DNA of 64,000 nucleotides from Cyanophora paradoxa CCMP329 (taxonomy: Eukaryota > Plantae > Glaucophyta), in assembly GCA_004431415.1 (NCBI GenBank), contig QPMI01000169.1:62001-126000 (forward strand), given 5' to 3'. The first letter of the stretch is position 1. Each line of letters starts with the position of its first letter. The position numbers and the translations under genes are program-made. Positions 38,032-50,657 of the stretch are shown here, piece by piece. A model generated the notes under the pieces. That model made no database searches, was not told where the DNA came from, and worked only from the letters and a program-made list of their open reading frames with translations.

Positions 38032-38241
38032 GAGAGCCCTCAGCCTGGCGGCCCAGGACGACGAGGGCCGGGCTGACTTGCGGGCCGGGCCCCGGGCCCC
38101 GCGCGTGTATATGCCTCTCGTATAACTATGTAAGTACTGTACAATCGTTTCTACTCCATGAATGCTAGATCAAGAGAAAGCGATGCGCAGGAGACGCTAG
38201 CTAATCTGTGCTGCTTAAAAAAAAGTCTTTAACCAGGACTC

Positions 38242-39058
38242 CTAGGTCTCTGCGATGAGATAGACCCGAAGAACCTGCGCAGATCTAGAGGTCACCAGGC
38301 GCCGCAAACACGCCAGACCCGCGCATGTCCGAGGCGTGCGCACTGTCGCAATGTCATCCTTGCACTTGGGGCAGACGAACCTCGGAGACGCCAGTTTCTT
38401 GTCCAGGCACTCATTGCTGGGAGAAGCGTCGGCCCGCGGTCATGCGCGCGGCACGAATACGGTTGCTGGTACGAGAACGCGCACCAGGAGAGGTAGAGAC
38501 CGCACTTGCACCTTCGAAAGCGCAGGATAAAATGTAAGCGAGCAGCCGGTTCGCGTCGTGGGCAGGCAGCCTCACAGCAAAGCGAACGGCTCAGATAGTC
38601 TGTCTTTGCGGCATGAACGACATCGGGTCGGGGAGCCGTCGAGAAACAGAACGGCGTCTGCGCCGTGCGTATACTTAGGCGTCAGGTTCGAACCCTTGCG
38701 GGCTCTCGCGGGCACCTCCGACGAAGGCATCGCGGCAGATGGGGCTGATTTTGCAATAACAGCACTGAGAGTCAGTCTAACCGGCGCGCACGAGACGGCG
38801 CGAGCGCAGGACAGGTCGCGGCGCCCCGGCCGATGCGCAAGATCGAGCGGCGAGCGAACCAATGCTTCAGATGCACGGAGCACTGATCGCACGAAATCGC
38901 GTGGCCGCAGCCGGCAAACACAGCTGCCGCTGGCGGTCAGCGGCAGTTGCGTGAAACGGTCGGAGAGGCTCACTGTTGATCGGACGTTCGCTGCACACCA
39001 GGCAGAGCGGATTGTCCCGACTGCGCGTGCAGAGCAGCGACAGCGCGCGCCGGAGCAT
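38242..39058 (-). CDS. Small protein with a C-terminal RING-like Cys cluster (start uncertain)
   Basis: Exons give CRSC...RCKC...NECLDKKLASPRFVCPKCKDDIAT/VLRVYLIAET*, resembling the IAP-type RING tail CPxC..I...RVY. Confidence 0.5.
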
Positions 39059-39161
39059 CGGGGAGCACGCCGTGCCCACTTCCGGGGGGGGAGAAGGGGG
39101 TAGAAGGGGGCGGGGGGTACGGCGGCGAGCAGCGAACGGAAGGAAGCAGGGCTGTTCGAAA

Positions 39162-42100
39162 ATGGAGGAGCAGGCAGCGGCCAGGCCGCCCGCACGGCTC
39201 ATGATTAAGGAGCTAGTGCTAGAGAACTTCAAGAGCTATGCGGGCACGCAGCGGATAGGGCCGTTCCACAAGGTCGGCGGCGGCGGCGCGGCGCCAGGGC
39301 TCCTGGCTCTCACATCCGCACGCAGAGCTTCTCATCAGTCGTTGGGCCGAATGGCAGCGGCAAGTCCAACGTCATTGACGGGATCTGCTTCGTCTTCGGG
39401 AAGCGCGCCAAGGCGATGCGCATGAACAAGGTCTCCGAGCTCATTCACAACTCTGAGGGCCATCAGAACCTGGACAGTGCCAAGGTGTCGGTCTACTTCC
39501 AGGAGATCGTCGACCTGGTGCGCTCGCATCGTTCGCCCGCGCCGGAAGTAGCTGCCGCTTACACCGCGCCGCTGTTGCTTGTCGCTACAGCCCGGTGATG
39601 ATGATTTTGAAGTTGTGCCTAACAGCGAGTTCGTGGTGTCGCGTGTGGCACACCGCAACAACACGTCCACCTACTATTTGAACGACCGCCGGATTCAGCA
39701 GAAAGAGCTGTCCGCTATGTTCGAGGGCAAGGGCATTGATCTGGACAACAATCGTTTCCTCATCCTGCAGGTTCGTTTCGTCACTTCGCAGCGGCTTCCA
39801 GGTCTCGGGGGTGCTGAGTGCATGCACGGCGCCCGCGCTGCGCAGGGCGAGGTCGAGTCGATCTCGCTCATGCCGCCGAAAGCTCGCAACGAGCACGAGG
39901 AGGGCCTGCTGGAGTACCTGGAGGACATCATCGGGACGCGGCACTACGTGGAGAAGATCGAGGAGGCGGGAAAGAGCGTGGACGCCCTCAATGAGGAGCG
40001 GGCGCAGAAGCTCAGCCGTGTGAAGATCGTCGAGAAGGAGCGGGACTCGCTCGAGGTGGACCCCCCTCCCCCTCTCCGACCCCGTGCCCGGCGCTTGCCG
40101 ACGCGGGGGGCCGGCAGGACGCGAAGCGGGAGGCGGAGGAGTACATCCGGCTGGAGCGGACGATCCTGCAGAAGAAGGGCGTGCTGGTGCAGGTGGACCG
40201 GGCCCTCGCGGCCGAGTCGCAGGCGGCCCTCGAGCAGCAGCAGGCCGAGGACCAGAAGCAGCTCGCCGAGATGCGCGAGCGCAAGGCCGGCGAGGAGGCG
40301 AAGTCCTCCGACTTCGAGCGCACCGTCAACGACAAGAAGCGCCTCTGCGACGTGCGCCCCCGCCGCGGCCGGCGGCGCTCGCGTGCCGCGCTGACGGCGG
40401 CGCGCAGGAGCGCGGCAAGGTGCTCGACAAGAAGAAGGCCGAGTTCAAGGAGCTCGAGCTGAAGGACCTGGAGCTGCGTGAGGCGGCGAAGCACCTGAAG
40501 AAGCGCAGCAAGGACCTCGAGACGACGGCGGCGAAGGAGCGGGAGAAGGCGGAGAAGCTGCGGGCGGAGGGGGAGGCAGCCCGGGAGGAGATCGCGCGGC
40601 TGGAGGCGGAGACGGCGAGCCTGGGGCCGCGCCGCGCCGCCGAGGAGACCGCCCTCGAGGCCATCTACGAGTCCCTCAAGGGTGCCCCGCCCCGCCCGGG
40701 CCCCGCCGCCCCGCGCCGGCTGAGGGCGGCCGGCAGGCGAGATCGAGGGCCTGCGGAGCGAGCTGCAGGAGAAGGAGAGGGAGGCGGCGCCGTGGACGAA
40801 GCAGGCGGCGGAGGCGCAGGGGCAGGCGGACCTGGTGAAGGCGGAGCTGGACGTGGCGGTGGAGCGGAGCACGGCCGGCGAGCGCGAGGTCGCCGAGGCC
40901 CGCAAGCTCGCCGACGGCCTCCGCGACACCCTCGAGAAGAAGGTCCGCCCCGCCCCGCCCCGCCCGCCCCCGCCGCGGCGCTGACGGGGCGCGGGGGCGC
41001 AGCGGACGGAGCAGGAGAAGCAGGGGAAGGCGCGGCTGACGAACGGGGCGCGCACGGCGGAGCTGAAGAAGGAGGCGGAGGAGCTGGCGAAGGCGGAGGG
41101 GGCGGCGGCGGAGGCGCTGCAGCATGCGCGGACGAAGCTGGAGGGGCAGAAGCGCGCGGCGGCGGAGTCGCGCTCGCAGGGGAAGGTCCTCGAGGCGCTG
41201 ATGGCGGCCAAGGCGAGCGGGCGGCTGCCCGGCGTGGTGGGCCGCCTGGGGAGCCTGGGCCGCATCGACGCCAAGTACGACGTCGCCGTCTCCAACGCCT
41301 CCTCCGCCTTCGACTTCGTCGTCGTGGACACGGTGACCACGGGCCAGGCCTGCGTCGCCTTCCTCCGCGAGCAGAACCTCGCCCGCACCTCCTTCATCAT
41401 GCTCGACAAGATCCGAAAGGACTTCGCCCCCCGCGTCGACACCCCGGAGGGCGTGCCCCGGTCCGCTCCCCCGCGCCATCCTCCGGGCTTCCAGGCCCGG
41501 CGGCCGGCTTGCCGACGGGGGCGCGCGCAGGCTCTTCGACCTGATCGAGGCGAAGAGCGAGGAGCTGCGGGCGGCGTTCTACTACGCCGTGGGCGACACG
41601 GTGGTCGCGAAGGACCTGGACCAGGCGTCGCGCGTCGCGTACGGGGCCCGCCGCTGGCGCGTTGTCACCCTCGACGGGAAGCTCATCGACACGTCGGGGA
41701 CGATGTCGGGCGGCGGCGGCAACGTCCGCCGCGGCGCCATGTCCTCCTCCTTCGCCGCCGACGCCGTCACCCCGGAGCAGATCAAGGCCTCCGAGGCACG
41801 CTGCCCTTTCATGAGCCCCGCGGCGCGCCGGCTGATGCGGCGGGGCCGCGCAGCGCGCTGTGCAGGAAGCGCAGGCGGCGGTGCAGGAGGCGCGGACAAA
41901 GCGGGCGGCGGCGGAGAAGGAGCTGCAGCGGCTGCAGGAGCAGCTGGCGGCGCTGGAGGCCGACGCGGCGCGCCTCGGGCTCGAGATCCCGGCGCTGGAG
42001 GCGCAGCTGGCCGACGCGGAGAAGGACGCGGCGAAGAAGGCGGCGAACCTGAAGAAGAGCGCGGCGGACGAGGCGCGGGTGCAGGAGCTGCGGGCGGAGC

Positions 42101-44240
42101 ACGAGCGGCGCCTCGCGGTCGTCGCCAAGATCCGAAAGACGTCGGACAAGCTCGAGGCGGAGGTCAAGGCGCTCAAGGAGCGCGTCGTGGACGCCGGCGG
42201 CGACCGCCTCCGCAAGCAGAAGGCCCTCGTCGAGAAGCTCGGCGCCGACGTGCGCGCCCCGCCCCGCCCGCGCCCTCTCGCCCCGCCGGTGGCTCTGACA
42301 GGCGCCCGGGCAGCTGGACGCGGCGGCGAAGAAGATCGTCAAGGCCAAGTCGGGGATCGCGAGCGGCGAGAAGAACGCCGCCAAGGCCGAGAAGGCGGCC
42401 GCCGCCGCCGAGGAGGAGATGAAGGCGGCGGTCGAGGAGCTCGCCAAGAAGAAGTGCGGGCTGGCGCGGCGCGGCGCGGGGCCCGCCGCTCGCCCTCCTC
42501 TGACGGGCGGCTGCGGGGCGCAGGGAGGAGCGCGAGGCGCTCACGGCTCAGGCGATGGCCGTGGACGAGCAGGTGAAGGAGGCGCAGAAGGTGCGCGCGC
42601 TCGCTTTGAGGCGCCGAAGGGCGGGCGGGAGTAGGCTGAAGGGCCGCCCGCAGCTCTACAACGAGGTCTCGGAGGAGGTTACGAAGCTCACGGAGGAGTA
42701 CAGCGGCGCGCGGCGGGCCTTCGAGGAGCTCATGAAGCAGGAGGCGGAGAAGCAGATGCGCGTGGACAAGCGCCACGGCGAGATCAAGAAGCAGGAGCAC
42801 CTCCAGCGCAACCTCGCCAAGGAGCTCGCCGGCTACGTCAAGGACTACAAGCAGTCGTGCGCGGGCCCCGCTCGCCGGCGCCCCGGCGCCTCACCCCGCC
42901 GGCGCCCGCCAGGCTCGAGGAGTGCGGCCTGGACGACGACGAGAGCGAGGCGGAGGCGGCGCCGGCAGCTCAGGAGGGCGCCCCCGAGCCGGCCCCCGCG
43001 CTCGAGGCCCCTCCCGCCGCCGAGCGCGAGGAGGCGGGGCCGGCGGAGGGCAGTTCCGAGGCGGCGCAAACTGCCCCGGAGGCCGACCCGATGCAGGTCT
43101 CCCCGGCGAAGCGCGGCCCCGTGGAGGGCCAGGGGGCGCCGGAGGCGGGCCCCAGCCGCAAGAAGCCGAGCGCCGGCCGGGCCGGCCTTGCGCTGTTCGA
43201 TCTCAGCCCCGAAGACCTCCGGCGGGAGATGGCCAACAAGAAGGAGGTGCGCGGGGCTGCGCGGCGTGGGGCGGACCCGGGCGGGGCGGCCGACGGGGCC
43301 GGCAGCTGGAGCACGCGATCGCGAAGTGCGAGAAGAAGCTGGAGAACATGAAGCAGAACCTGGCGGCGATCAAGGAGTGGCGGAAGAAGGACCGGGAGTA
43401 CAACGACCGCTTCGCCGACCTGCAGGAGGTCACCAAGAAGCGCGACGACGCCCGCTCCGAGCACGAGCGCCTCCGCAAGGAGCGGTGCGCGCCGGGCCGC
43501 GCGGCGCCCGTGCAGGGCGGGGCCCGAGGCGCGGTGGGCGGTGGGCGCGCAGGCTGGACGCGTTCATGGCGGCGTTCAGCGTGATCACGCTGAAGCTGAA
43601 GGAGATGTACCAGATGATCACCCTCGGCGGCGACGCCGAGCTCGAGTGCGCCCGCCCCGCCCCGCCCCGGCCCGGCCCGGCGGGGGGCCGAGGGGGCGGG
43701 GCGCAGGCTGGTGGACTCGCTGGACCCGTTCTCGGAGGGGATCGTCTTCTCGGTGCGGCCGCCGAAGAAGTCGTGGAAGAACATCTGCAACCTGTCGGGG
43801 GGGGAGAAGACCCTCTCCTCCCTCGCCCTCGTCTTCGCGCTCCACCACTTCAAGCCCACGCCCCTCTACTTCATGGACGAGATCGACGCCGTGCGCCCCG
43901 CCCCGCCCCCGCGCCCCCCCGCCCGCGCGCTCCGGGCCTCACGCGGGGCGGGGCGCAGGCGCTGGACTTCAAGAACGTGAGCATCGTGGCGAACTACATC
44001 AAGGAGCGGACGCGCAACGCCCAGTTCATCATCATCTCCCTCCGCAACAACATGTTCGAGCTCGCCGACCGCCTCGTCGGTCCGCCCCCCGCCCCCCGCC
44101 CCGCCCGCCCGCACGGCCCCTGAGGCCCAGCAGGGATTTACAAGACGCACAACTGCACCAAGTCGGTCACCATCGACCCCGACCGCTTCGTCATCGCCCC
44201 GCACCCGTCCGCCCCCCAGGCGCCCCTCGCCGCCCACTGA
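39162..44240 (+). CDS. SMC4: Condensin subunit SMC4 (19 exons)
   Basis: ENFKSYAG..IGPFHKSFSSVVGPNGSGKSNVID, hinge [55 protein letters not shown] and ISLRNNMFE. Confidence 0.97.
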
Positions 44241-44407
44241 GCCGCACCCTCCCCCCCTTCCCCATCCCCCTCCCTGTCTCTTTCTCCAATGCGTGTACAG
44301 TATCGCCTTCAGAGCTTGCCCACGCTGCACTCTGCGGGTCGGGCTGCACTGTGCGCACGAAAACACGTCTCTTCGATTGCGAACAGCAGCCACGTGCGCT
44401 ACCACAG

Positions 44408-45543
44408 CTACGAGTCGTCGCTGGCGCCCTCGTCGGCGTCGACGTCGCTGCCGTCGTCCATGTCGCTCGCGCCGCCGCTCTCGCCGCCGCTCTCCTCCTC
44501 GCTCTCCTTGTCGAAGTCGCGCATGCGCGTCGGGGCCGCCCCCGGCGCCTCGTCCCGCACCACGCTCCACGACGTCGTCCCCGCCGGCATCGCCGCCGAC
44601 ACCGAGATGCTCCGGCCCCCGGCCTGCGCCCCGGCCCGCCCCGCGATCAGCCCCATCCAGCCTGTCGGGGCGCGTGCGCGGGCGGGGGCGGCCGGGGCGG
44701 GGCGGGCCTTGGCGGGGGCGCCGCCGTCGTCGCGGAGCATGCTCAGGAACTGCTGCTTCGTCGCCTTTTCAACTGTGAACGCGTCGGCGCTCCACGCGTC
44801 ACGCGCTGGGGCCCACGCCGCGGGCGCACCCTTCGTGTTGATCGAGTACTTGCTCTGCCCCTCCTCGATCGTCTTCTGCTGCTTGCTCACGGCGTTGAAC
44901 AGCTTCACCACTGCGTGGAGCGGGTGAGGCGCGCCACTGGAGCGCTACCTCAGGCGCCGGCCCGCCGCGCACCGCCCCTTGTCGCTATCCTGCGGAGCGC
45001 CTTCTCGAAGTCGAGCGTCTCGTTCGTCGGGACGACGTGGTCCTTGTCCAGCAGCCGCTTCTTCTCTTTCCGCACGTCCCGCTTCAGGTTGTGCTCCGCC
45101 CGCTCCTCCTCCCGCTTCTGCTTGTCCTTCGTGCGCGCCGCGAGGACGGGCTCCTGCGTACAACGGCTCGGGGCGGCCCTGCGTCCGGCGCGCGGAGCGC
45201 AGACCTTGCCAGCTTTCACTTTCTTCTTCAAGATGCGGTTCAGCGCCGCCGCGAAGCCGTCTCCGTCCGATCCGCTCCCGCCCGCCTCGCCACCTGAGCG
45301 CGATCGCCAGGGCCCGCAGTTTAGCTGCGCACGCGATCGGGCCATGCAAGCCAGCGCACCGGCACCGCTAGGCTCCGCATCGCTCGGCGGCTCCGCGTCG
45401 GCGTCGGCCTCGTCACCCGAGCCCTCATCGAGCTTGCGCTTCGGCTTCGGCTTGCGCTCGCCCTCGCCCTGCTTGCGCTTCGTCGGCTTCGCCTTCTTCA
45501 CCTGCACCTCCTCCTCGTCCGAGAGCTCGTCCACGATGCCCAT
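44408..45543 (-). CDS. RRP15: rRNA-processing protein RRP15
   Basis: FAAALNRIL, EPVLA, EKALRRIATRG/VVKLFNAV, FLSML, WSVVRD and an acidic tail. Confidence 0.88.
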
Positions 45544-45610
45544 GGCCGCGCTCGCTTTTTGTCGCGGTACCCGGCCGTCTACCTGGATTCCTCGAACAGG
45601 CCAGCGGGCG

Positions 45611-47683
45611 ATGCCGGACGAGGATCTCGCGGGCAAGAGTAGGGAGGAGCTCGTTGCGCTCGTACAGTCCCTGCGCAGCGAGCTCGCAGCGCGCGGGACC
45701 GCAAGCGATCAGCAGGCGCAGCAGCACGCGGCGGGGCCGTCGCATCTGCAGCCGCAGCAGCACCCGGGCGGCAAAAAGGGCGGGAAGAAGCCCCAGGAGC
45801 AACGGCCGTTCGATTTCAGCAAATACACCAAGCGCCACATCGCGCTCAAGCTCGCCTACGTGGGCATCAAGTACGACGGCTTCGCGGCGCAGGAGAACAC
45901 CGAGAACTCCATCGAGGCGAGCCGCTTGCTTAGCTAAGGCCGCGCGCGCTGCCAGCGCCTCACCGCCCCAGCGCAGGCGCACCTCTTCAAGGCGCTGCAG
46001 AAGACGTGCCTGATCAAGGATCGCGCTTCCTCGCACTACTCGCGATGCGGGCGGACCGATAAGGGCGTCAGCGCGCTGGGCCAGGCGCGTGCAGCTAGGG
46101 GCCCCGGGGCGCTCGCGGCGCGATCGGGCCGGGGGCGCCGGGCTGAGGCGGCGGCAGGTGGTGGCGTTCCACCTGCGCTCGAACCTGCGCTCGGGGCCCG
46201 GCGTGATGCCTGCGGACGACGCGCCGGCCCCCGCGCAGGCGGCGCCGGAGGCGGCGGGGCACGGGGGGAGCCCCGTGGCGGCCCAGCCGCAGAAGAAGCA
46301 GCGCACGGAGCAGCCGGCGGCGCCGGCGGGGCAGGAGAAGGAGAGGCAGGAGATCAACTACGCTCACGTGCTGAACAAGGCGCGCCGCCGCACGCCGCCC
46401 CCGACCCCCGCCCGGGGCCGCCGGCGAGGGGCGGGGCAGGTGCTGCCGCCGGACATCCGGGTGCTCGGCTGGACCCCCGTCCCCGACGACTTCAGCGCAC
46501 GGTGCGCCCTGCCGGGGCTCAGCGGCCTTTTCATGCCTAAACGCGGGGGCCAGGTTCAGCTGCCAGTACCGCGAATACAAGTACTACTTCATGCGCCAGA
46601 ACCTGGACATCGAGGTCCGTACCCCGGCGTCCCGACCCCCGCCCCCTCCCCGCCCCGGGCGAGCGTGCGGCAGCGGATGCGGGAGGCGGCGGGGCACCTT
46701 GTCGGGGACCACGACTTCCGCAACTTCTGCAAGGCCCGCCGCCCCCGCCCCGGCCCCCGGCCCTCGCCTCGCTGAGGGGCGGGGCGCGGGGGCAGATGGA
46801 CGCGCTGCACGTGTCCAACTTCCGGCGGGTCATCCGCTCCTTCGAGATCGGGCCCTCCCCCGACTTCCCCGCCCCGTCCGCCCCCGCCCGCCCCGCCCCA
46901 GCCTCCCCCGCCGACCCCGCCGACCCCTCCGCGCAGGGCGGACCCCGAGGGCCCGGACGCGATGTTCGAGATGCGCATCCGCGGCACCGCCTTCCTCTGG
47001 CACCAGGCCCGCCTGCCCGCCCGCGCGCCCGAGGCCCCTGGAGGGGCGCTGAGGGCGGGGCCAGGTGCGGTGCATGGCGGCGGTGCTCTTCCTGGTGGGG
47101 CAGGGCGCCGAGGAGCCGGGCGTGGTCCCCTGGCTCCTCGACCCCGCCTGTTGCGCCAAGAAGCCCCAGTACGCGATGGCCGCCGAGGCGCCGCTGTGCC
47201 TGCACGGCTGCCACTTCGAGGGGGTCGCCTTCCGCCACGACCCCGAGGCCCACCGGGCCGCCTACGAGGGCCTCGAGGAGGCCTGGCGGGGCCTCGCCGT
47301 CCACGCCGCCCTCCTCCGCTCCTTCCTCGCCTTCATGGACGCCGCCCGCCTGCCCCTCCCCGGCCCCCCCGGCCCCTCCTCCGCCCCCGACGCCCCCACC
47401 GCCCCCTGGCGCGAGTACCCCCGCGCCTGCCTCATCCCCTCCGTGGCCGAGCGCGAGCGGGCGCGGCACATCCCCCTCGCCAGGCGGGCCACCGAGCGTG
47501 CGCGCCGACCCCGCCCTCCCCGGCCCCGGCCCGCCCCTCACTCGAGTCGCTGATCACGAGCTGCCGGCCCCTTCGGCAGCATCGTACGAGGAGAAACTGG
47601 CGGCGATGTCGGAGCACAAGCGGAGCAAGATGAAGGCGCGCCCGCCCTCCGGCCCCGACGACGACGACGACGCCGGCGACTAG
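45611..47683 (+). CDS. PUS3: tRNA pseudouridine 38/39 synthase (TruA family, PUS3/DEG1)
   Basis: RPFDFSKYTKRHIALKLAY, YSRCGRTDKGVSALGQ, LPPDIRVLGW, HDFRNFCK, GTAFLWHQVRCM and KPQYAMA. Confidence 0.95.
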
Positions 47684-48253
47684 CTCAAGCTACAGGCCCC
47701 CGGGCCCTGCCAGAGGCCGAGCACGTTTGTGTCTCAGTGTTACAACGTCCAACAGTCTAGCTAGATCTCATGTTGCAGCATGTTTGCCACTTGTTCCGAC
47801 GGTCGGCACCTCAGGCTTGTGACACGCGTACCGTAGTACGGTGCCACGGTGGAGGCTTTTAAACCCGTGACCTTCAAAGGCTTTTCAAAGGCCTCAAGCC
47901 TTGAAGCCTTTACTAAGTTAAACCTTCAAAGTTACACAACCTGCAGGGATCGGATCGTCCGTACAGTCCGTGGCCCAGTGGCACTGGCGGCAGTCCGGTC
48001 GACGCACGTGCACTGCGGCAGTACTAGTGCGCGTGCCCCCCGCGCCGCCGGCCCCAGGATCCGGATCCCTCACTGAGTCACTGCAGCCGAGTCCGGATCC
48101 GATCGCGAGATGATCCGATGATCTTTGGTGATCATCAGTGATCATGAGGCAATTGCAAGCTTAACTTAGTAGTACTAAGGCTTAACATTTAATTGAATGA
48201 TTTACAGCAGCGAGGCGGTGCCGCCAGCCATCGCCATGGCCAGTACAGCCGCA

Positions 48254-50657
48254 CTAGCGGCCGCGGGTAAGTATCCGTACAGTGTTCGTCCCGAGCCGGC
48301 AATCCCGGCACTCGGGAGTGATTTCGATAGCATCTTTCGGACTCTGACCGAACACCAACAGCTCGTTTCCCGCGATGGTCCCCATGCCTTTCTCGTGCAC
48401 GTAGATACCGTACTGCTGGTCGTGGATCCTATGGGGAGTAGGGGCTGGCGTCAGCATGCATGAAGAGCACATGTCTCCAGCTCGAGAAATCGAGCTGGAG
48501 GGCCGGGCAGGTACCTGTTGGCACGCACGACCGGATCAGCACTATCTCTGACCACGACACCAGCGTGCAAATTACAGTACACGTCGTTGCCCTCCACGGT
48601 ACCCAGGGACGAACCGCGGCAGTTAATCCCCGACATGCCGCAGTGGTGCACTGTGTTCCCTGCACCCCACGAGATCAAGAAGCTCAGTTGGAGAGGGGGG
48701 GATCGGCGCGGAGAGGGGAAGATGGCGGGGGGGGAGGGGGGGGGGGGAGGGCGGGGGGGGGGGGGGAAGGGGGAAGGGGGAAGGAGGGGAAGGGAGGCGT
48801 AGGGGGTGGGTGGGGGGGGGGGGGAGGTGGGGGGGGAGGGGGGGGGCGGGACGTAAAGGGGAGGGGGGAAGAGGGATGCCTAGGGGGAGGGTGCGGCGGG
48901 GAGGAGGGGACCGGGGGCTGCCGGAAGAGGGGGGGGGGGGGGTCGGTAGGTGGAGGAGAGGGAGGACGAGGAGGGCGATCGCGAGAGGGGGCGGAGGGGA
49001 ATGCGAGAGGCGGGAAGGGGTGTGGGTGTGGGTGGGTGGGTGGGTGGGTGGTGTGTGGGGGGGGGTGGGGGGGTGGGTGGGGGGGGGGGGGCACTCACCG
49101 CGCAGCATTGGGGCCGTTTCTCTGCCGCTGACCTCGATCCCATGCATACCGGCGCCGGAGACGTCGCAGCCTTCAACGATCGCGCGGCTCCCATCCGTGA
49201 TCAAGACCGCCGACGTGTTTCTCGAAGAAGACCGGATCGTGATGCCTCTCACAGCGGGCGAGGATGCCCCCTTGCAGTGCAGCACGGGCTCGTCGCGGTC
49301 CCACTCGAGGACGGCGCCTCGAGCTCCCGACCCGACGAGGTGCACCTCCTTGTCCAGCACCACCCTCTCCCTGTGCCTGCCGCAGCACGGGTGACGGAGC
49401 GAACGACGTTGACGGGCAGGCAGCACGTACACGCCAGGCCCGAGTCGAATCGTCTGGCCCGCGGAAGCGAGCGCAACAGCACGCATGATGCTCTGCCCGG
49501 GCGCCACTTGCACCTCGCTCGGTACCGCGGCCGCAGCTGCAGGGGCTGCCGGCTGGCCCGCTGGGGGTGCTGGCTGGCCCACTGGGGCTGCTGACTGGCC
49601 CATTAGTATTGGGGCTGCTGGCTGGCCCACTGGGGCTGCTGGCTGCCCCACTGGGCGTGCTGGCTGACCCACTAGGGCTGCTCGCAGCCCCGCCGGCGCC
49701 TCAAGCCGGCGCCGCACGGATTCGAGCTGCAGCTGCTCCGACAGATCCTCCACTCGCCGCTTCAGCTTGCCTGACCCCCGCGATGGCTGAGCAAACGCGG
49801 ACGCTTAGGAAAGACGAGACGCACCATTCTGACGAGCGAGATTATCCCTTTCCTCGGTAAGGCGTATGACGAGATCCCGTGCGCAGCGCTCTGCGGCCGG
49901 GGATGACGGTACTACGGTAAGCCGCGACGCATGAGGGGGAGGCCTAATTGTAATATGGACGGCGAATACCGAGGTGCGCCTGGAGCTCGGAAACAGAGAC
50001 ATGGGAGCTACAACCGAGCTCTTTGTTGGGACACGGCCGCCGGCACGCTGCCTGGTGCGCCTGCAGGCAGCTGGGTGAGGATAGGAGAGGCGCGCAAGAA
50101 GACGCGGAGGTGCGCACTGCCAGCCCATCAACTCGAATGCGTGCCGCGCAGCCGGCGCAGGCGTCCCACCCAGCTGGGCAACCCGACGCGTGCGCTGCGA
50201 AAGAAGCCACGTCGCCCCGCCACTCGCAGCCCCGCGTCTGGAACCGGCAGCTGCGAGGGCGCCGGCGGCATTGGATACGCATCGTGCGATCTGCACGCAG
50301 ACCTGTACGCACTGAACGCGCAGGTTGTTGATCTGGCGACGGAGAAGCGCGGCGGGCCGAAAGCGCTCAGGGTGAACAGCCTCGCGGTCCTTGGGACACG
50401 TGGGAGCCTGGCTGCGTTGAGCCAGATGCTGCGCACACACCAAGCACAGCGCATGGTCATTCGCGCAATCCAGCACCGTCTGCCGCAGTGCGGGTGAGCG
50501 GTGGGCAGTACGGTCGATTTGACATAAGCGAGCCTACCGGCTCACGCATGACGAGTTGACATACGACGCACACGAGCTCGAACTCTTCCGCCTTCGACTC
50601 CTCGCCGGGCTCGAAAATCTCCGACGGCCATCCGCCGTCTCGAGCCGCGCCGGCCAT
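48254..50657 (-). CDS. RING + TRAF-type Zn fingers + coiled coil + right-handed beta-helix (PbH1/CASH) protein
   Basis: CVVC..C..H..CLVC..CPKDR, LRVQC..GCEWRG..H...C and CPNKELGC; then IRLGPGVY.RERVVLDKEVHLVG and GNTVHHC/GNDVY/ANRIHD beta-helix repeats. Confidence 0.8.
48690..49091. repeat. Irregular poly-G/purine low-complexity tract inside an intron (48660-49098)
   Basis: About 400 nt of G runs of variable length, interspersed with A/T. Confidence 0.85.
49542..49682 (-). repeat. Coding 21-bp tandem repeat (GQPAAPV, about 6 copies)
   Basis: Repeated ggggctgctggctggcccact units on the + strand; the translation reads VGQPARPVGQPAAPVGQPAAP. Confidence 0.85.

Noticed and set aside
43541-45937. 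798-aa ORF and similar long shadow ORFs (e.g. 50974-53061, 22522-23988)
   Set aside because: Off-frame or antisense read-through of real genes in stop-poor, high-GC DNA.
47812-47943. Possible hAT-like MITE (CAGGCTTGTGAC ... TTACACAACCTG) with internal ttcaaagg repeats
   Set aside because: The inverted repeat is short and imperfect and no 8-bp TSD is visible. It cannot be supported without a copy-number search.
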